Shown here piece by piece: positions 1 through 15,000 of a stretch of DNA of 64,000 nt (the stretch's first letter is position 1; each line of letters begins with the position of its first letter). The notes under the pieces were generated by a model that made no database searches, was not told where the DNA came from, and saw nothing but the letters and a program-made list of their open reading frames with translations. Location: contig OZ193909.1 in NCBI GenBank assembly GCA_964276515.1, positions 19,220,001 through 19,284,000 on the forward strand, written 5' to 3'. The DNA is from Gordius albopunctatus (Eukaryota). The translations under genes were made by a program, and so were the position numbers.

Positions 1-3000
1 CAATCATCGGTTCCCGCCGTGTCGCCACGAATCGAATGGGCGACGGCGAAGGCGTTTCCTTCGAGATGGCGCCAATTTCTGGCCTCACTCCCCGCGACCA
101 CTTTATCTTACCCCTCAGAATTGGGTGATCAGGGTCAGGGCAGTCATGCCCCCGAAATCCGGCACGCTGGCTATACCTTTACCAAGGACAAAGTCGTTTT
201 TTACGTCGATGTAACGAATGGCACTTTGAATTCGCCGATCCCGGATCAGCTGTTTGTAACGAACCTAGAAGGTGCCACCTATCGGGGTGCCTGGCTCAAT
301 GGCATGATGCACGGGAGGTGTGTTGTTGTGTTTTAATTTGTTTTTGAGTTAGCAGTTATCCATTTATTCGATAAGATTGGAAACTATCAGAGGCACATAT
401 GTTTACATTCTTAGGCCCCCACCCGGCCCGGTTCGAATTTATAAATTTATTGCACCCCCCCTCTCGAACTCCTATATAGGGCTACCTGAACTGTCAGGTC
501 CTAAAAGGATTTTTTAAATTCAAAAATTTTTAATTTAATTTTCGATTTGTTTGGATAAGATCTACTATTAATAACCATTGTTCGATCAATTAAAAAGGAT
601 AAAAGAGTGCATTAAAACAAAAATATGTTATATAAAAAAATCTTAAGTCCGAATCACTCGAATCCTGTGGTGCCCTTCCTAGTCCGACCGATTGAATTTA
701 TGACAATTGCTCGGCGGTTGGACGGGCAGCGGGTCGATCGGGCTTTTCTGCCTTTTGGAACCTATTACCAAAATTTTTGGAATGGCTTGCTCCCACTCTT
801 ATACGGATTATACAATAGACTGGTTAACAGCTGATATTTACATTAAAATTTATTTGGTAAAAATCACCATTTTAGGTCAGGTTTTTTCAATACGCGCACT
901 TGTCCGTTAAAAGTTATGAAGGATAGACTAAGGAAAACGCCAATGGATTATTTTTCCATGCGCGTGAGTTTACCATTCATTTACTCAGCAAATTGAGTAT
1001 AGTGTTTGGCTCGGTAAAAACATGATGCCTCTAACGTGCTGCCTGCTCACTATTGTTTCAGCAAGTTAAAAAATTTTTGGTCTTTTTTTCTCCGTCGCAT
1101 AAATACACCAAAGATTTGACCATCAAACCTTTGGTCGTCTCGCCGTTTTCACAAAACTATGGCCTACGCCCTTACATAATATTCATCAGCTGTTCGCCGG
1201 CCTATTGAGTTCCAAGTCTAAGACCCCACCTAACCATCGAACTGTAATTAAATATATCATTATTCTTATTATTATGGGACAGAGGGCGACTCGTGTTCAA
1301 GGACAGCAAGAAGTACGGTGGACAATTCAAGCAAAACGCTTTCAATGGTTTAGGCACTCTCAAAATTCCCTCCCATTCCTCCTCCTCCTCCCAGGTTATT
1401 GATCTACCCCTTTTTTCCATAACAAATTTTTATATAAACCAGCAGCTAATTCAAGGCTCATAGACTAATTACACAATATACACTGGCAAACATCTGGCCC
1501 TCATGTTTGTTGAATATACATTTTGTTAAATAACACTGGTCAACAAATAGTGGACTTGTGAAATCAACCGGCAAACTGTTTGCAGATTCTGGTAGAGTTT
1601 TTCACGGTGAACACAGATATGTTTTTACGTCAAGTTTTTGAAATATTCGCTGTCAAAGTTGCCAAAAACGCGATTTTAGCGTTTATCAAACGTCAATAAC
1701 TTGCAAATTAGTCGGTAAAAATTTTATTTAATAGATTTAATACGTAGAGATAGTTTTTTATCGTAGCACTTTTACTTTTTAAATTTTATACAAAATTAAT
1801 TATCCCTACTATCTTTTACCCTGACAAATTACACCAGACTTGAGGGCGCCCTCCCTTCTCTTCAACACTGGGAATTAAGTGCGTGTTGTTGTTTGTATTG
1901 TTGTTTATCTACTCTACTACTACTAGAGTTGTTAAATTGCTAACTTTCTTCAACTCCAGCTACCATCTGCTCGAGTTTCTGCTCGGTCCTCGAGCATTTT
2001 TATATGCTACTGCTCTGCCTAGTGCACCAAACAGCGAGCACATATTGTGCTAACGCGCATATTAAGCAACTCAGTGTGCGTGCTCGCGTCTGGAGTTTGA
2101 AGAAAGTTAGCAATTTAACAACTCTAACTACTACTATTACCAAAACAACAACACGCACTTAATTCCCAGTGTTGAAGAGAAGTGAAGGCGCCCTCAAGTC
2201 TGGGGTAATTTGTCAATGTAAAAGATAGTAGGGATAGTTAATTTTGTATATAATTTAAAAAGTAAAGGTGCTAGGATAAAAAAATTGTGAATAGATTCCT
2301 CTCCCATATATCTACGAATTAAATCTATTAAATAAAATTTTTACCGACTAATTTGCAAGTTATTGACGTTTGAAAAACGCTAAAATCGCGTTTTTGGCGA
2401 CTTTGACAGCAAATATTTAAAAAATTTGACGCATAGGGAAAAAACTAAAAACATATTTGTGTTCACAGTGAAAAACTCCACCAGAATCTGCAAATAGTTC
2501 GCAGGTTGATTTCTCTTGTTGAACCGTGTAATTAATTGTTAATCCAACGTATGGGAACAAATCCCTTCATATGCTCTAATATATTCTTTCCTATATAATA
2601 ACTTCTACGTTGGGAATATTTTAAAAGGATGTAAACCAGTTTATAGGTCTCTGACGACCACGATACAAAAAGGGAATCCTTTATATTTTTCATAATCATC
2701 GAAGGCGACGAATGTTCGCGACAATATATATCATATTCATAGGACTAATATAAGCGTTGGCAGAGGGGATCTTGAGTAAGGGTCGGGGAAAAAATTAATA
2801 ATAAATTGTTGGTTAAAATGGAGCTATTTAATGAAACCTTGTTGCGTGAGAGATGCCTTTAACAACAACATTTTCTTCTCCTTCTACCTAGCGTCCTCAT
2901 TAAATCGCTCCTCAAAACTTAGGCCACCCGACTCGTGTTGTAAAAACAGGCTAAAGATTCAAATATTTTACCCAAAAAATCTTTGGTCCCCCGTATATGC

Positions 3001-6000
3001 GCCTAAGAAATGTAGACTGAAAAACCTTTATTCCCTTTATGAGTCGACCAAAATAAGTCCAGCCCTTTGTACAACACAATTAACGACAACTAATTGGAAT
3101 AAAATTAAAGTGCCCCTTGCGACATCTCCCGCAGGCGATAAATTTAAACAAATTAATTAACTGCCCGCAACAATAACTAATGCTCAAGTCCGCACCCACA
3201 TCGTAAATACCTCCCCAAAGATGGCGGCCAAAATCGGCTGTTCGCCAGTCTATTGAATCGCTCGTAAATGTTCAAGATATAAATTTTTAAATTTTTCATA
3301 TCGCTCTCTCGTTAAAGAATTCACCGAGCACTTCTCCCATTGGTCAACAAGCTGGCACAACGAATCGCGATTGGTGGGATGGTATGAACCAATACGATTG
3401 CGTTCAGGAAGGTTGGTGGGTAGATGGCAAATTGAACGGATACGGGAGTGTTAGGTATAATTACCTATGAGCCTATATGGTCTGGTCACCCTGCTCATAA
3501 AAAAGGATATCATCAATTGTTAAAAAGAAAGAACATGAGAAATATTTATATCTAAATAGTACAGCTTTAAAATTACAATATCTAAATAAATAATTATAGC
3601 GATTTACTATAAAACGTTTATATCATAATTTATATATGCACGAGTATGACATTGCCATATAAATTTTTTAACTATAGCTCAAGCTTATCTTCCAAACTAG
3701 CTCTAAAATAATTTATGATTTCACAAAGTTATTAGTAAAGTTTAAAAGTTTACTTACTCAACTACTTTAGGCAACATAGAATATTATATATGAAGTTAAT
3801 AAATAAATTGCGGGTTTGTCGATATTTTAAAAAGATGAAAATTACCCCATTTAGGAGTGCCGCAATTAACTTAAAAGTATACTCTAATTTAATTGGAAAT
3901 TCAGTTAATTATACATGGGCGGGCGTGGCCAGGTTTTGGATTAGGCGGCGGCGGCGGCGGGAGGGGTGAAACGTTCAAAAGTTCGATTGGGGGGTCGGGA
4001 AAAACATAATTTTTTTAATTTTGAAGGCTTTTTGCACTGGAAATTTTTTTTCTCGCCATTTAGGGGCGGTATATATAAGGCTAAATTAGATTCAACCCAT
4101 TCTTATGGTGATTACGGATTAACTCTCACAATTATGGTAGATATTAATTATTTTGTAATATTAACAAATCCGCAATTTATTGATTAATTACAAATAATCC
4201 CCAAGGTACAAGAACGGGGAAACGTATCAAGGTTATTTTCGTGAGGGAGCTAAAAATGGTTTCGGGAAATGGCGTCAGGGCAATAGCTCTGCCAATGGGC
4301 CACCTTGCAACACCTCCTTTTACATTGGGCAATGGTCAAATGATCAACGCAAAGGCTACGGTATCATGGATAATCTTAACGAAGGTCTTCTCAGTTTTTT
4401 TTTTTGGTGGGGGGGATTTTATTTTGTTTAAATTAGAAAATATTTTTATAAAGTTAGAAATAAGAGGTGCATAGGATCCAAAAATTAATAACAGCTAGAT
4501 ATTTGAAATACATAACTTTATTTTTTTTTCTAATTCATATTCAAGGACTGTGTATTTTGTAAGTAATGAAAGCTTATTTATAAAAAACGGAAAAAAGCTC
4601 TAAATTATAAAAGTAGTATGTAAGAGCAAAAAAGTAGAGGCAAATTGCTCCCGAGTAAACTCTTCATAAACATTAATAACACATCTTGCAGTTTGAAAGA
4701 TGGACAAAAATTTAGTACTAAAACGAATCAGGGAAACCTAAAGTTGGGCACCCCAACACGATCATAATTACAGCGATTTGAAGTTTTTCCCACTATTTTC
4801 ACGTGGAGGGGCACCACAATGTTGTACATGGTGAATTTTACATAAAATTATTTACTCTAACTAATATAACATGAAATTTCGTAAGAATGTGGGACCAAAT
4901 ATAACTGATAAAGAAGAAGAAGGACATAACATGTTATAATCTCTTATCCTTTGATTATTTATTGCATTGCATTTATATATTTTTTATGTGGTTTTAGGTG
5001 AGAAGTATATAGGGATGTGGGATGGGGATCAATATAATGGCCCAGGGATCGTGGCTATCATAGATGGCTTATACTACGAAGGCCAATTCAAGCAAGGCAA
5101 ACTCGAGGTACGAATCTTCGGTGTTTTCTAAATGTAAACAACTTTTAAATCCTTTATAATTATAGACCTGCATAAGGAAACTTTTTCGCTCATGCCCGGA
5201 CCGATTTTTTTATTTGTCCTAGCCCATTAGGCCCGATCTAAACCTTGGGCGTGATTGTTTTAGTCCGAGGGCCGGGCCGGGTTCTAAGGGATCGTGCTTG
5301 GCTTTATTTATAATTGCAATTATTATCAGTGAATCGCAAGTTTGTTCCTGATTTATAATTATAATATAGAAATTGAGCATGGGCACTCCTCATCTTGATT
5401 CGCATAGTTTAATATCAAAGTCCAGTACAATTAATAAGCTTTTTTATCAAAGTTTTTAAACCTATAACGCTTGATCATTGTATACGATTGAACTTTGATA
5501 ATCTCTACTCAATATAATTAACTAATGGCGCCGAAATACGATAAGTTTGATATATGAGATATAATATTATAAACAATATAGATGCGAATGGTTTTAAAAT
5601 ACAGAAACGCTTAACGATCAAAAAATAATATGGCTCGAAAGGATAACAAATGTTATTAGAGAGATGCGACCACTAAAATGTTGCGATTTAATAACCATTT
5701 TTTTGGCTTATCAAAAAAGATAAAAATGTTTAATGTATGATACTCGTGGACACAAATTTTTCTATAGTCGTAGTTTTTCATTATAAACTTAGAGGAAATT
5801 TTTGACGCAAAGTGAGCTCATCATAGATTGCCTGACAATTTGATTAATTCTTACCATAGGGCAAAGGCTTTATGGCGATGGAAAATGGGACGTTGTTCGA
5901 AGGCGAGATCGTGGGCCCTGGCAATTTTGGAGGTTCGGGCCGCCTAATAGTCCCGAAGTCGGCCGATTCCGTTTTACGGATAACGGGTCGATTCGGGGGT

Positions 6001-9000
6001 AGTTGGACCAGTGGTATAACCATGAACGAAGCGACCCTATTGAGTTGTGAACCGGGCCTAGTTGGCGATGGATCGCACGAATTTCCCATCCTCGAAAATT
6101 ATTACGTTCACCATCATAATAATTCCCTCGGGGCAAGGCCTTGTAGTGACGGGGAAAATTTTGGAAATTTCAAGGGTTTCGACGATGGTGAAGCGAATAC
6201 TTCTCCCAATATTATATCTTCTCACTACTACATGGATCAGGGGTGAGTGAAAATAATGGGATTTTCACTAAAATTTGTGGTTGAGTTACAGTCGAAACTT
6301 CTTAATCGCAAATCGGATTATCGGGGAAATCTTTTAATCGCGAAGTTAACCGCCATTTTGTTTTTTTAAACGATAATATTAACAAAAACATCGTTTTTTA
6401 AAAAATCGCTTAATAGTTCAATATCGGATATTCACAAACATTTTCGAGTCCTTAAATCAAGCAGATAATAATTATATAAAATATCGTTTTATTGCGAAGC
6501 GTGAGAAATGAATATTTAATATAATGTACATATACTTTTATTTTCATCGGTTAATCGCGAAATATCGGTTAATCGCGATTTTTTCAGGCTCAAGGCTTTG
6601 TAATTAAACGGTTCTGAATGTACTCACTAAATTTTAATGCTAAAATAAGCTGTTCGCCTGTCTATTGCTATGGATTAAGAGAAGAGAAAATTAATTTTTT
6701 AAAAATTTAATATGGCCCATATATAATCGTACACAAAATATCCGTTAATTTATTGTTGAGTGAATTTGACCCTTAAAAAGTTGAATTATTATTAATTTCA
6801 CCCCAAAGAGTCTTATATGCGATGGAAGAATGTCTTTTTTCTATTAAGATTTCTATAGTAATTCCTTGATTTAAAGTATTCGATCAAAAAAACGGATGAT
6901 TAAATTTTATCGTAGGCTGAGTGTAGAGTAGACTCGACTCCCTCGAAAAATATTTTTATATAACTGTTTGAGTTTTAAAGTTTATATAATAATATTACTA
7001 CAAATGATTTATAGGGAATTGCAAGGGTTGATAAGAGAGAGAGATGTTTGTTGGAATTTCGTATTTGAACCAACTTTGCTAGAACTCGGTCTTTCCCCTT
7101 CTCATTTCAACATTCATCTAGATACTTTACTTGCTCAACCAGATGTCCTAATACTCTCAGAAATGGCATTGAATCGTTGTGAAAAGTGTTGGCAACACAT
7201 GACAACTTCCATTGACCAGAGGAAAAGATACGACAAAGAATTCAACAAGAAAAAGTTTATATTGTGCTTTTGGATTATCATTATTAGAACAGATGTTTAA
7301 AAATTATGAAATAAAACGAAAATAGAGAGTTTAGATTTACGAGTGAACTTTGGGTGAGCTCTTGTCGGCGTCCAAGAGGGAAATATTTGCCTCGGGCCGG
7401 GGTCTAGCCTTCAATATTTATATTTAGGCAAAAGAATTTTCTAGAATAGTAGTTTTTAATAGTAAAGTGGGTTTTGTCCGGACCTTATGTTTCGTTTTAG
7501 TCCACTAAACATAAAGTGACCAGCGGTATTTGGTCAGTTTTTAGTTGACCTCACGGCTTAGTCCCAATTTGAAAAAAATATCAGAGTCGATCGTTATCCT
7601 TAGTTACCCCAAAGATGGACCAAATAAAACCCAGCCAGACGTTTTTACAAGACACTACTCACTACTGGACACCACAATTTTCGTCGAAAATGAGCCCATA
7701 AATTGCATAGCAATGAATAAGTATATAATTTATTCGATTTAAAGTAAAAAATATTTTTAAACCTATTATATGTGGCGTGTGGTTTATTATTGGCAAATTT
7801 CAATTTTCATTAATTCGCCTTGCCTTACTTAGAGAAGGTATTCTACCGTCCGAACTCGAACTCATTCCCGATGCTATGAAACAGGCGACGTTATCCCTCA
7901 GCGAATATTACTGGATCGTATCTTACGTTAATAAAGTACGAATAGTAACGCAAAATTTTCAATTGTTTTAACCTCAAAATGTCGGTGTTGAATCTGCCCA
8001 CGAAAATAGTTAATTTCCACGATTATAAATTTTTTGTTTTTTAACGAAGCAAAAGATAGCATCTAGTTTGTATAGTTAGGAGGATTATGGGTTGCTATGC
8101 ATTTTATATGCCGAGCCTCGTTAGCAAAAATGTCCGTCTGTCCAGTCATGTCTTGTCCAACATTTTGTAAAATAAAAATCTAAATTTCTAGTTGTGTTAG
8201 AGGAGTACACCGACCGACCCATGTACGCTTTTAGGCTTCAACATGAACCCTTACTCAATAAACCTTTAGCCTAACCCGCCCAAACATTAATTTTAAAGTC
8301 CCCCGTCATTTAATAACCAAAAAGTTTGTCATCTAGAAAAATGTGATAAGCGCAGGCAGAATTATTAATAGTGCTTAGTAAGCCTTGCATTTATGAAAGC
8401 TTTTTTAAATTATGAAAAAATGCATGAGGCAGAGCTCTGCAAAGTCCATTCATTTAAACCCTGACCCCACCCGAAATTTTTAGGATAATTTTAAGATCGA
8501 CATTTGGGAATTGTGTCGAAAGTTGTACCACTAAGCCTCTGGAACAAATTGCCCGACAAGATATCGTGAAATAAAATATTTTTTATTATCTTCCACTAGG
8601 GATGTGCACCTTATATTTAAAATTGTTTGTCGTTGTGAAAGGCTTTAGATGCATCAAGCTTGCACCCGTTCGGAGCCTTGATGGATCGAATAGTTGAAGT
8701 ATTCAGAGCTAGTTACGTTGGTATCGGAGCTCACCCTAGGCTACTTTCCCGAGCCGTTTCTGACGTCCACATAATAACAACCAAATTTTACACTTTCCTA
8801 AGGTTAGTCTTTCTATGTATGTCTGTTTTTATTTGCCCCGATCTCTGTCAAGAGCTTAGCTAAATAGGCAAGCTAAGATTGAGTCTCATCTGACACCTAC
8901 GCGGTGCATCTCGGGCCACTCTAATCACAGGTTACGTGTTCCTTCCTAGTAGGTTTCGTTTTTTATTTATTTTCTATGAAGTATTAGCATAAAGTTTATA

Positions 9001-12000
9001 GTTTTTATATATCATAAATTTTTATTAAATTCGTGTGTTTTGCTCACAGCCGACATAAACTGCTCATAATATCATATGTTTTATAAGATAAAATGTATGT
9101 TGAATTTGACTATCTCCCATGGCTTTCTACAGGGTACCCCATTGTTAAAACAGAAAATGTGAATTTGCTTTCCTCATTAGTTAACAAATAGTCGATAAAT
9201 GATTATTTTACATAATGCAGATGACAATAAATTGCTTAAACATGATATCATTGCAGTATTTTTTATTTCCATGAATTTTGTAAATTTATATATTTTAAAA
9301 TGCAGTTTTTAATGTTTAAGTAGTTAAATATTTTTCTATTGCGTTTTAAAAACACTTTAATCAATCAAAATTATCATAATTTATATGTCTTAGCTCTTAT
9401 TTATACACATTTAAAAATGGTGGAAAAATGGTCCACTTACGTTTATGTATATGTAAATTATATAACTCTACCAAAATCTGCAAACAGTTTGCCCGTTGAT
9501 TTTTCTTGTTGAACCATGTTACAGAATCGTTATAATAAATGATAAAAACTACATCATTTCTGGTTGCATTGTTTAGGGCTTTATTCCCTAACCTTCCTGC
9601 CACCGGAGTTGTCATCAAAGCTGATAATAGCAATCAAGTGGAAACGTCCTTTCAGTCCGAAGATTTAAGTCCAGACCTCATGGCTACTCCTACCACTACA
9701 CCCACGGTTGACAATAGCTACGAGAGTTTCCGAAGTTTTTCCAAGCTCAAGCGTGGCCTAAAATCGCGAAATTTATCTTCTAGTAAGTTCAAGAGGATCT
9801 TCCTAGTTTTTACTAGGCGAGACAATTAATTGCTATGTAATTTATGGGCTCGCTTTTTGTTGTCCGTCCGTCCGTCCAACATGTATCTGAATTGCTGGTT
9901 CGATACCCGGAGAGTGCAAAATTTTTTTAAATTAAATTAATATATTGTTCTAGTTAATACCATTGATAATATGACTTTTTGCCCGTGCAATGGCTACTGA
10001 CCAATGAAAAAAATGACCATTGGCCAAATTGTGAAGCGAAATTTCGTTTTTCGTTTTTTTCTCTCATGTATTTATTTTTTTTTCGTTTTTTGAATTGCTA
10101 TATTTGGTTAACATTATTAATTGCTATGCAATTAATGGGCTCGCTTTTCGTTGCCCGTCCGTCCGTCCAACATGTATCTTAACTTAATTGATCTTATGGG
10201 GTATATGGGACCCCAAACGCTCACATCTCCAAAAGTATTAAGGGATCCATTTAAATTTACAGATTGGTTGATTTCAATTTAATCTAATTTTTTTAAATTA
10301 CTGCTAAAGACTTTAATTAATTTTTACCGTACTTTCTCGAGATTTTAATATAATTTTTGGATTCCATAAGTTTAACTAGGATGGACGTAGCCAAGGGGGA
10401 GTCGGGGGGGGGGGGGTGCTTGATCCCCTCTAAATCTAAAAATGTTTTGAAAACTCTTTTTCCTTGTTTCTTGATATATTTATGACAGTAACCTAACCCT
10501 GAATATAGCATTAAGATGGCAACCTTGGCGAAATTTGCTATTTTATATTAAAAACATGAGGATTCTTTTTTGTTATTTAATAAATACGTATTTCTAAATT
10601 TTATGCGGATAGACTATTTGCGTTCCTTTCGTTATTTTGATTAATTTAGGAGTTGATTAATAAGAATGAATGAAAGAAAACCTATTCCTCAATAAATAAA
10701 GTATTAATAAGTGTTTTATAGCAGGTTTTACAAAAATTTAACTTTTTAAATATTTGTATAAATAATTAACTAATCATTATAGTTTATACGGAGTATAGAT
10801 GAGTTTCGTTCCCCCTTCCCGGCCCTGGTTAATTTAATAAAGTTTAATTTTTATATGAGAATTATAAAAATTAGGTATCCCCTCTATTAAAATCATGTTT
10901 TAAGCCTAACATTCTGGTTTGATTAACAGTTCAATACTTTGTTTTTTTTGCCGAATATAATCATATTAGGTGTCTTTTCTAAATATCAATCTAAGGAAAC
11001 TTAAGTCTTTATAACCTCTTGTTTTTGACTCTTTTTTACAAGTATATATGAAAGTCATAACTTCTAAACGGTATATAGTATAGGCCTAAACACGGGCTTA
11101 GCCGGGGGAGGCAAGGAGGCGCCACTGACCCCCTCTAAATCCAAAAATTCTTCAAAATTAAATAGAGTTTTGGCTAAAATTTCAAAAAGATTATCATTTT
11201 GCGCCTCCCCGAGAATCATTCTTCTTCTTCGGCTACACCCATGGGCTGAAACAACATTAAATCCTAATGGAATAATCATTTTTAGTTAATGAATAATTAG
11301 AATCAAATTATAAGATCCATAAATATTAATCGTTTGGTTTTTGAGTGAATAAAATCTTGAATTACTGTTCCCAAGTTAGTTTTTGTATGTTACTTACTGT
11401 TGTATATGTTTTTATGCAATTTTATTGTAATATCGTCAGAATTTCCTACTATTTAATCGATAAATTATCCAACAATATGTTAATAATTTAATTTTTGTTG
11501 TCACAAGGCACCATATCCTTGCCCATGACTTTGCTGAGAAACATAAATTTGGTGAGAAAAGCTGATTCGGACCAAATTTTTTCGACTAAATCCACTTCTC
11601 ACGCATCCCTCGAAGAGGAACGGGAACAAAAATTTGGAGCCGTCACACACGGACACCAAGGGACGGAGCGACATTACGGTACGAAGGGGGCCAAAATCGT
11701 TTTTCCACGGCATTATTGCGTGCCCGAGGAGGGTGGAGGGAATCAACTGATTAGCGATACCGGAAATGATCCGTCCACCTCCGGTCACGTGACCATCGCT
11801 TCGTAATTAAACGAATGAAGAATCAATTAATAACATAGACGAATATTATCCCATAGACTTGTGTTGTAAAATTGGCTGGGTTTTGTTTGGGCGACCTTTA
11901 GTTTAACTGAGACTAACTGTCAACTCTGGTATGTCTTTCAAGTATCGAATAAACCGACTAAAGCCAAAGTCCAACCAAACAAAACCAGCCATTTCCACAA

Positions 12001-15000
12001 CACTAAGTTGCTTCACAAATTTCAATGCAAAAACAGCTGTTCACCGCCAGCTTATAGTATTATTATTAGCCTATGTATTTAGTTGCTAAACATTGACTGG
12101 ATGAATGGCTTTGTTAACTCAATAGGGCATACGTATCGGAGCACGCCTTGTTACAACCCCTCTTATTGCCTCGCATATACCCAGCGCTGTTTACGCTGTA
12201 CGCGCTTCATTTTCAAGCCGAAGACCGGGACTATTATAGGAAAGTTACGAGAATGAATAAATTCAAAGAAACTTTTCTCCTAGAATTACTGGGCGTTCCC
12301 AAGTAAAGGAAGAAAAATCTATTTTTTAGAGTAGTCCGTGAAAGTTGCGTTAAATAATATTTTGTTAAAATCTTGAGGATTTATGTAGAAAATGTGATTG
12401 ACCTCACTCATTTGAATATAATATGGTTAAAAACGTCTAAAAGATACATGCTAAAACTTTGAATGCATCTAGTTCCTTTCAATCATTTACTCAAACAGCA
12501 ATTTTTATTTCAAAAAAAAGGTAACTAGTACCTATAACACAGTTCAACAAGAAAAATTAACCGGGCAGCTGTTCGCAGATTTTGGTAATGGTTTTCACCG
12601 TGAACACACCTTTATTTTTTCCCCTATGTTTCAAGTTTTTGAATTATATGCTGTCAAAGTTACTAAAAACAGCGACTTTCCCGTTTTTCAGACGTCAATA
12701 ATTTGCAAATTAATCGGTGAAATTTTAATTTAATAAATTTTACTTTTAAATTAAGGAGAGAGGAATGCCTTACAATTTTTTTATCCTAGCATAACTAATT
12801 TTAGAATTAATTAACTTATACCTACGTTGAAAAACTTTACCAGGATCTGCAAACAGCTGCCCCGTCGATTTTAAAATTTAGATTTTTGACACAACTATTT
12901 TTTTGAATAAAGAACAACCCTAAGTAATTCTAGGTATGGCTAGCTTTAAACAATGGCAACTCTTCGTTTACAAAGAAAAGTTTAAATATCGAAGAGTATG
13001 TTCCTAGCCAGGAAATGATTTTGGGAAAGGCAAAAATTATAATTTTTCCAAATTTAATATTAATTGTTAAAAAATTTATTGATTTAGAGGGGGGCAGCTG
13101 CCCCCCCCCACTTTAGCTACGCCCATAGGGCCATAGTAATGACTTTGTTTCTTAAGGAAAAAATTATTTTATTGAAGTTGACAATAAATTTTACTACAAA
13201 TGACAAAATACAAATTGAGTTTAAAACGTGAATTTTAATGTTTCAGGAAATTTTGGGCTCCCTTAGATGTAAGTATGACCATTAAAGAAGAGAAATCACC
13301 TAGCACAAATATAACTGAGGTAATTGATTTAATCTTTATTTAATTAACTACCCCTAATTTTTTTGGAAAAATATTAGTTATATATGCTCAAGTTACTTAC
13401 CGGCCTTATACATATTGTAGACTGAAGGCGCACCTCGACCAAAACATTTGTATTACGAAAATGCCATTGAAACCCTGCAGCAAATTAGGTAGGTTATTTA
13501 TGCAGGAACTAGTGTTGCAAAAATGGCTGCCGTTTTATTATTATTATCACTAACAGCTCTCTTCTGGTCTTTTTTTCCAAATTTCGACTAAGCTTAGAAG
13601 TCGACCAAACAAAAATCAGCCCCGTTTTTACATCACTATAATCGTAAAAGCCGGTACTTTAAAATCACCCAAAATTTTGTTGATTACTATGAATTATGTC
13701 CTCATGTGTCGTCGTGCTCGTGTCTTCTCCATTCCATCCTGCTGATTTGTGGTGGAAAACTACAATTTAAAACCCCTTTGTCAACAGGTTAAAGATAAAT
13801 CATGGCCGCCGATTCACCTTTTTATTCTGACTTCGGCCCGAGACCAAAATCTTTTTTTTTGCCTTTTTGGGCCTCGCTTATTATTTTTTGTAAACTCAAC
13901 GGATTAATTTTGAAGTTTGTTCAACTGGTTGCATCATGATGGAAAAATACATTGATTGATTGCTATCTTGGGCGTAGCCAGCATGGAAATTAGAGGGGGG
14001 CAATAATGATTTATGGAGGGGCAAAATGATAATTTTTGATATTTTTGCCATAATTTTTATAAATTCCGAATGATTTTTGGGATTTACTCCCATGATTGCC
14101 ATACATTTTAATAATGTTACATACGCGTTTTAGTACCGCTTTCTCCCCGCTCGAAAAGTTACAAGTCATCGGAGACACCTACGATTCTATTAACAAGGTA
14201 TGGAACGTAAAATTCATTAGTATAATATTATTTTTTACTGATAAAAAAGTTTTTTTTCTGTAAAGACGAAGTCACACATATAAAATTTTTTTTTTAAAAA
14301 CGTTGGTTATATTACAAAGATCTAAACTAAATCATTGTCATCTTAAACGGACCCAGAGTGGGCAAATGCTTTAAAAAAAATTTAGTTTAGTTATTGTTTG
14401 AGTATAAAAGGACACGGAATATCTAGATTTCGAGCAACGTTTTCCGATTTAAAATTTTTAAACTGAAAGCTTAGAATATAGCTATAATTCACAATGGAAG
14501 CAATAAAATGAACGAATTAATAGGCTATTAAGGATTTTATTACAAAATTTATTATTTTTAAAAATAATTATTATAAATGATTTTAATATATAAAAATGAA
14601 TGGAATGTCTAATATTTGTGTGTAAGGAAGTAGAAAGTAGGCATGAAGGTGAAATGAACAGACACGTATGGAGTATGGATGACCTCTTTCCCCTTTTCCT
14701 CTACGTAGTAGTGAAGGCTCGGCTAAGCCGATTGGGTTCAGAAACTCATTATGTACAGGATTTAATGGAACCCAAATTACAATATGGTAAATTGGGACTT
14801 CTCTTCACTACTCTCAAGGTTTGTGAAAAATATTTTTTATTGTTTTTTTATAATTATTAAAACTCAAAAAATTAAGTTTTAATACAAACTTGGAAAAATA
14901 ATGTAAATATGATAAATTTGGAAAGTTTTTCAAGCAATTTTGTGGAATGCAACCAATTTCAGTAGCAGAGAAATTTTGGAGTTTTTAGTATAAGGGCTTT

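Noticed and set aside
9895..9925. tRNA-like GGTTCGATACCC motif
   Set aside because: Isolated B-box/T-arm with no cloverleaf; not a tRNA gene.
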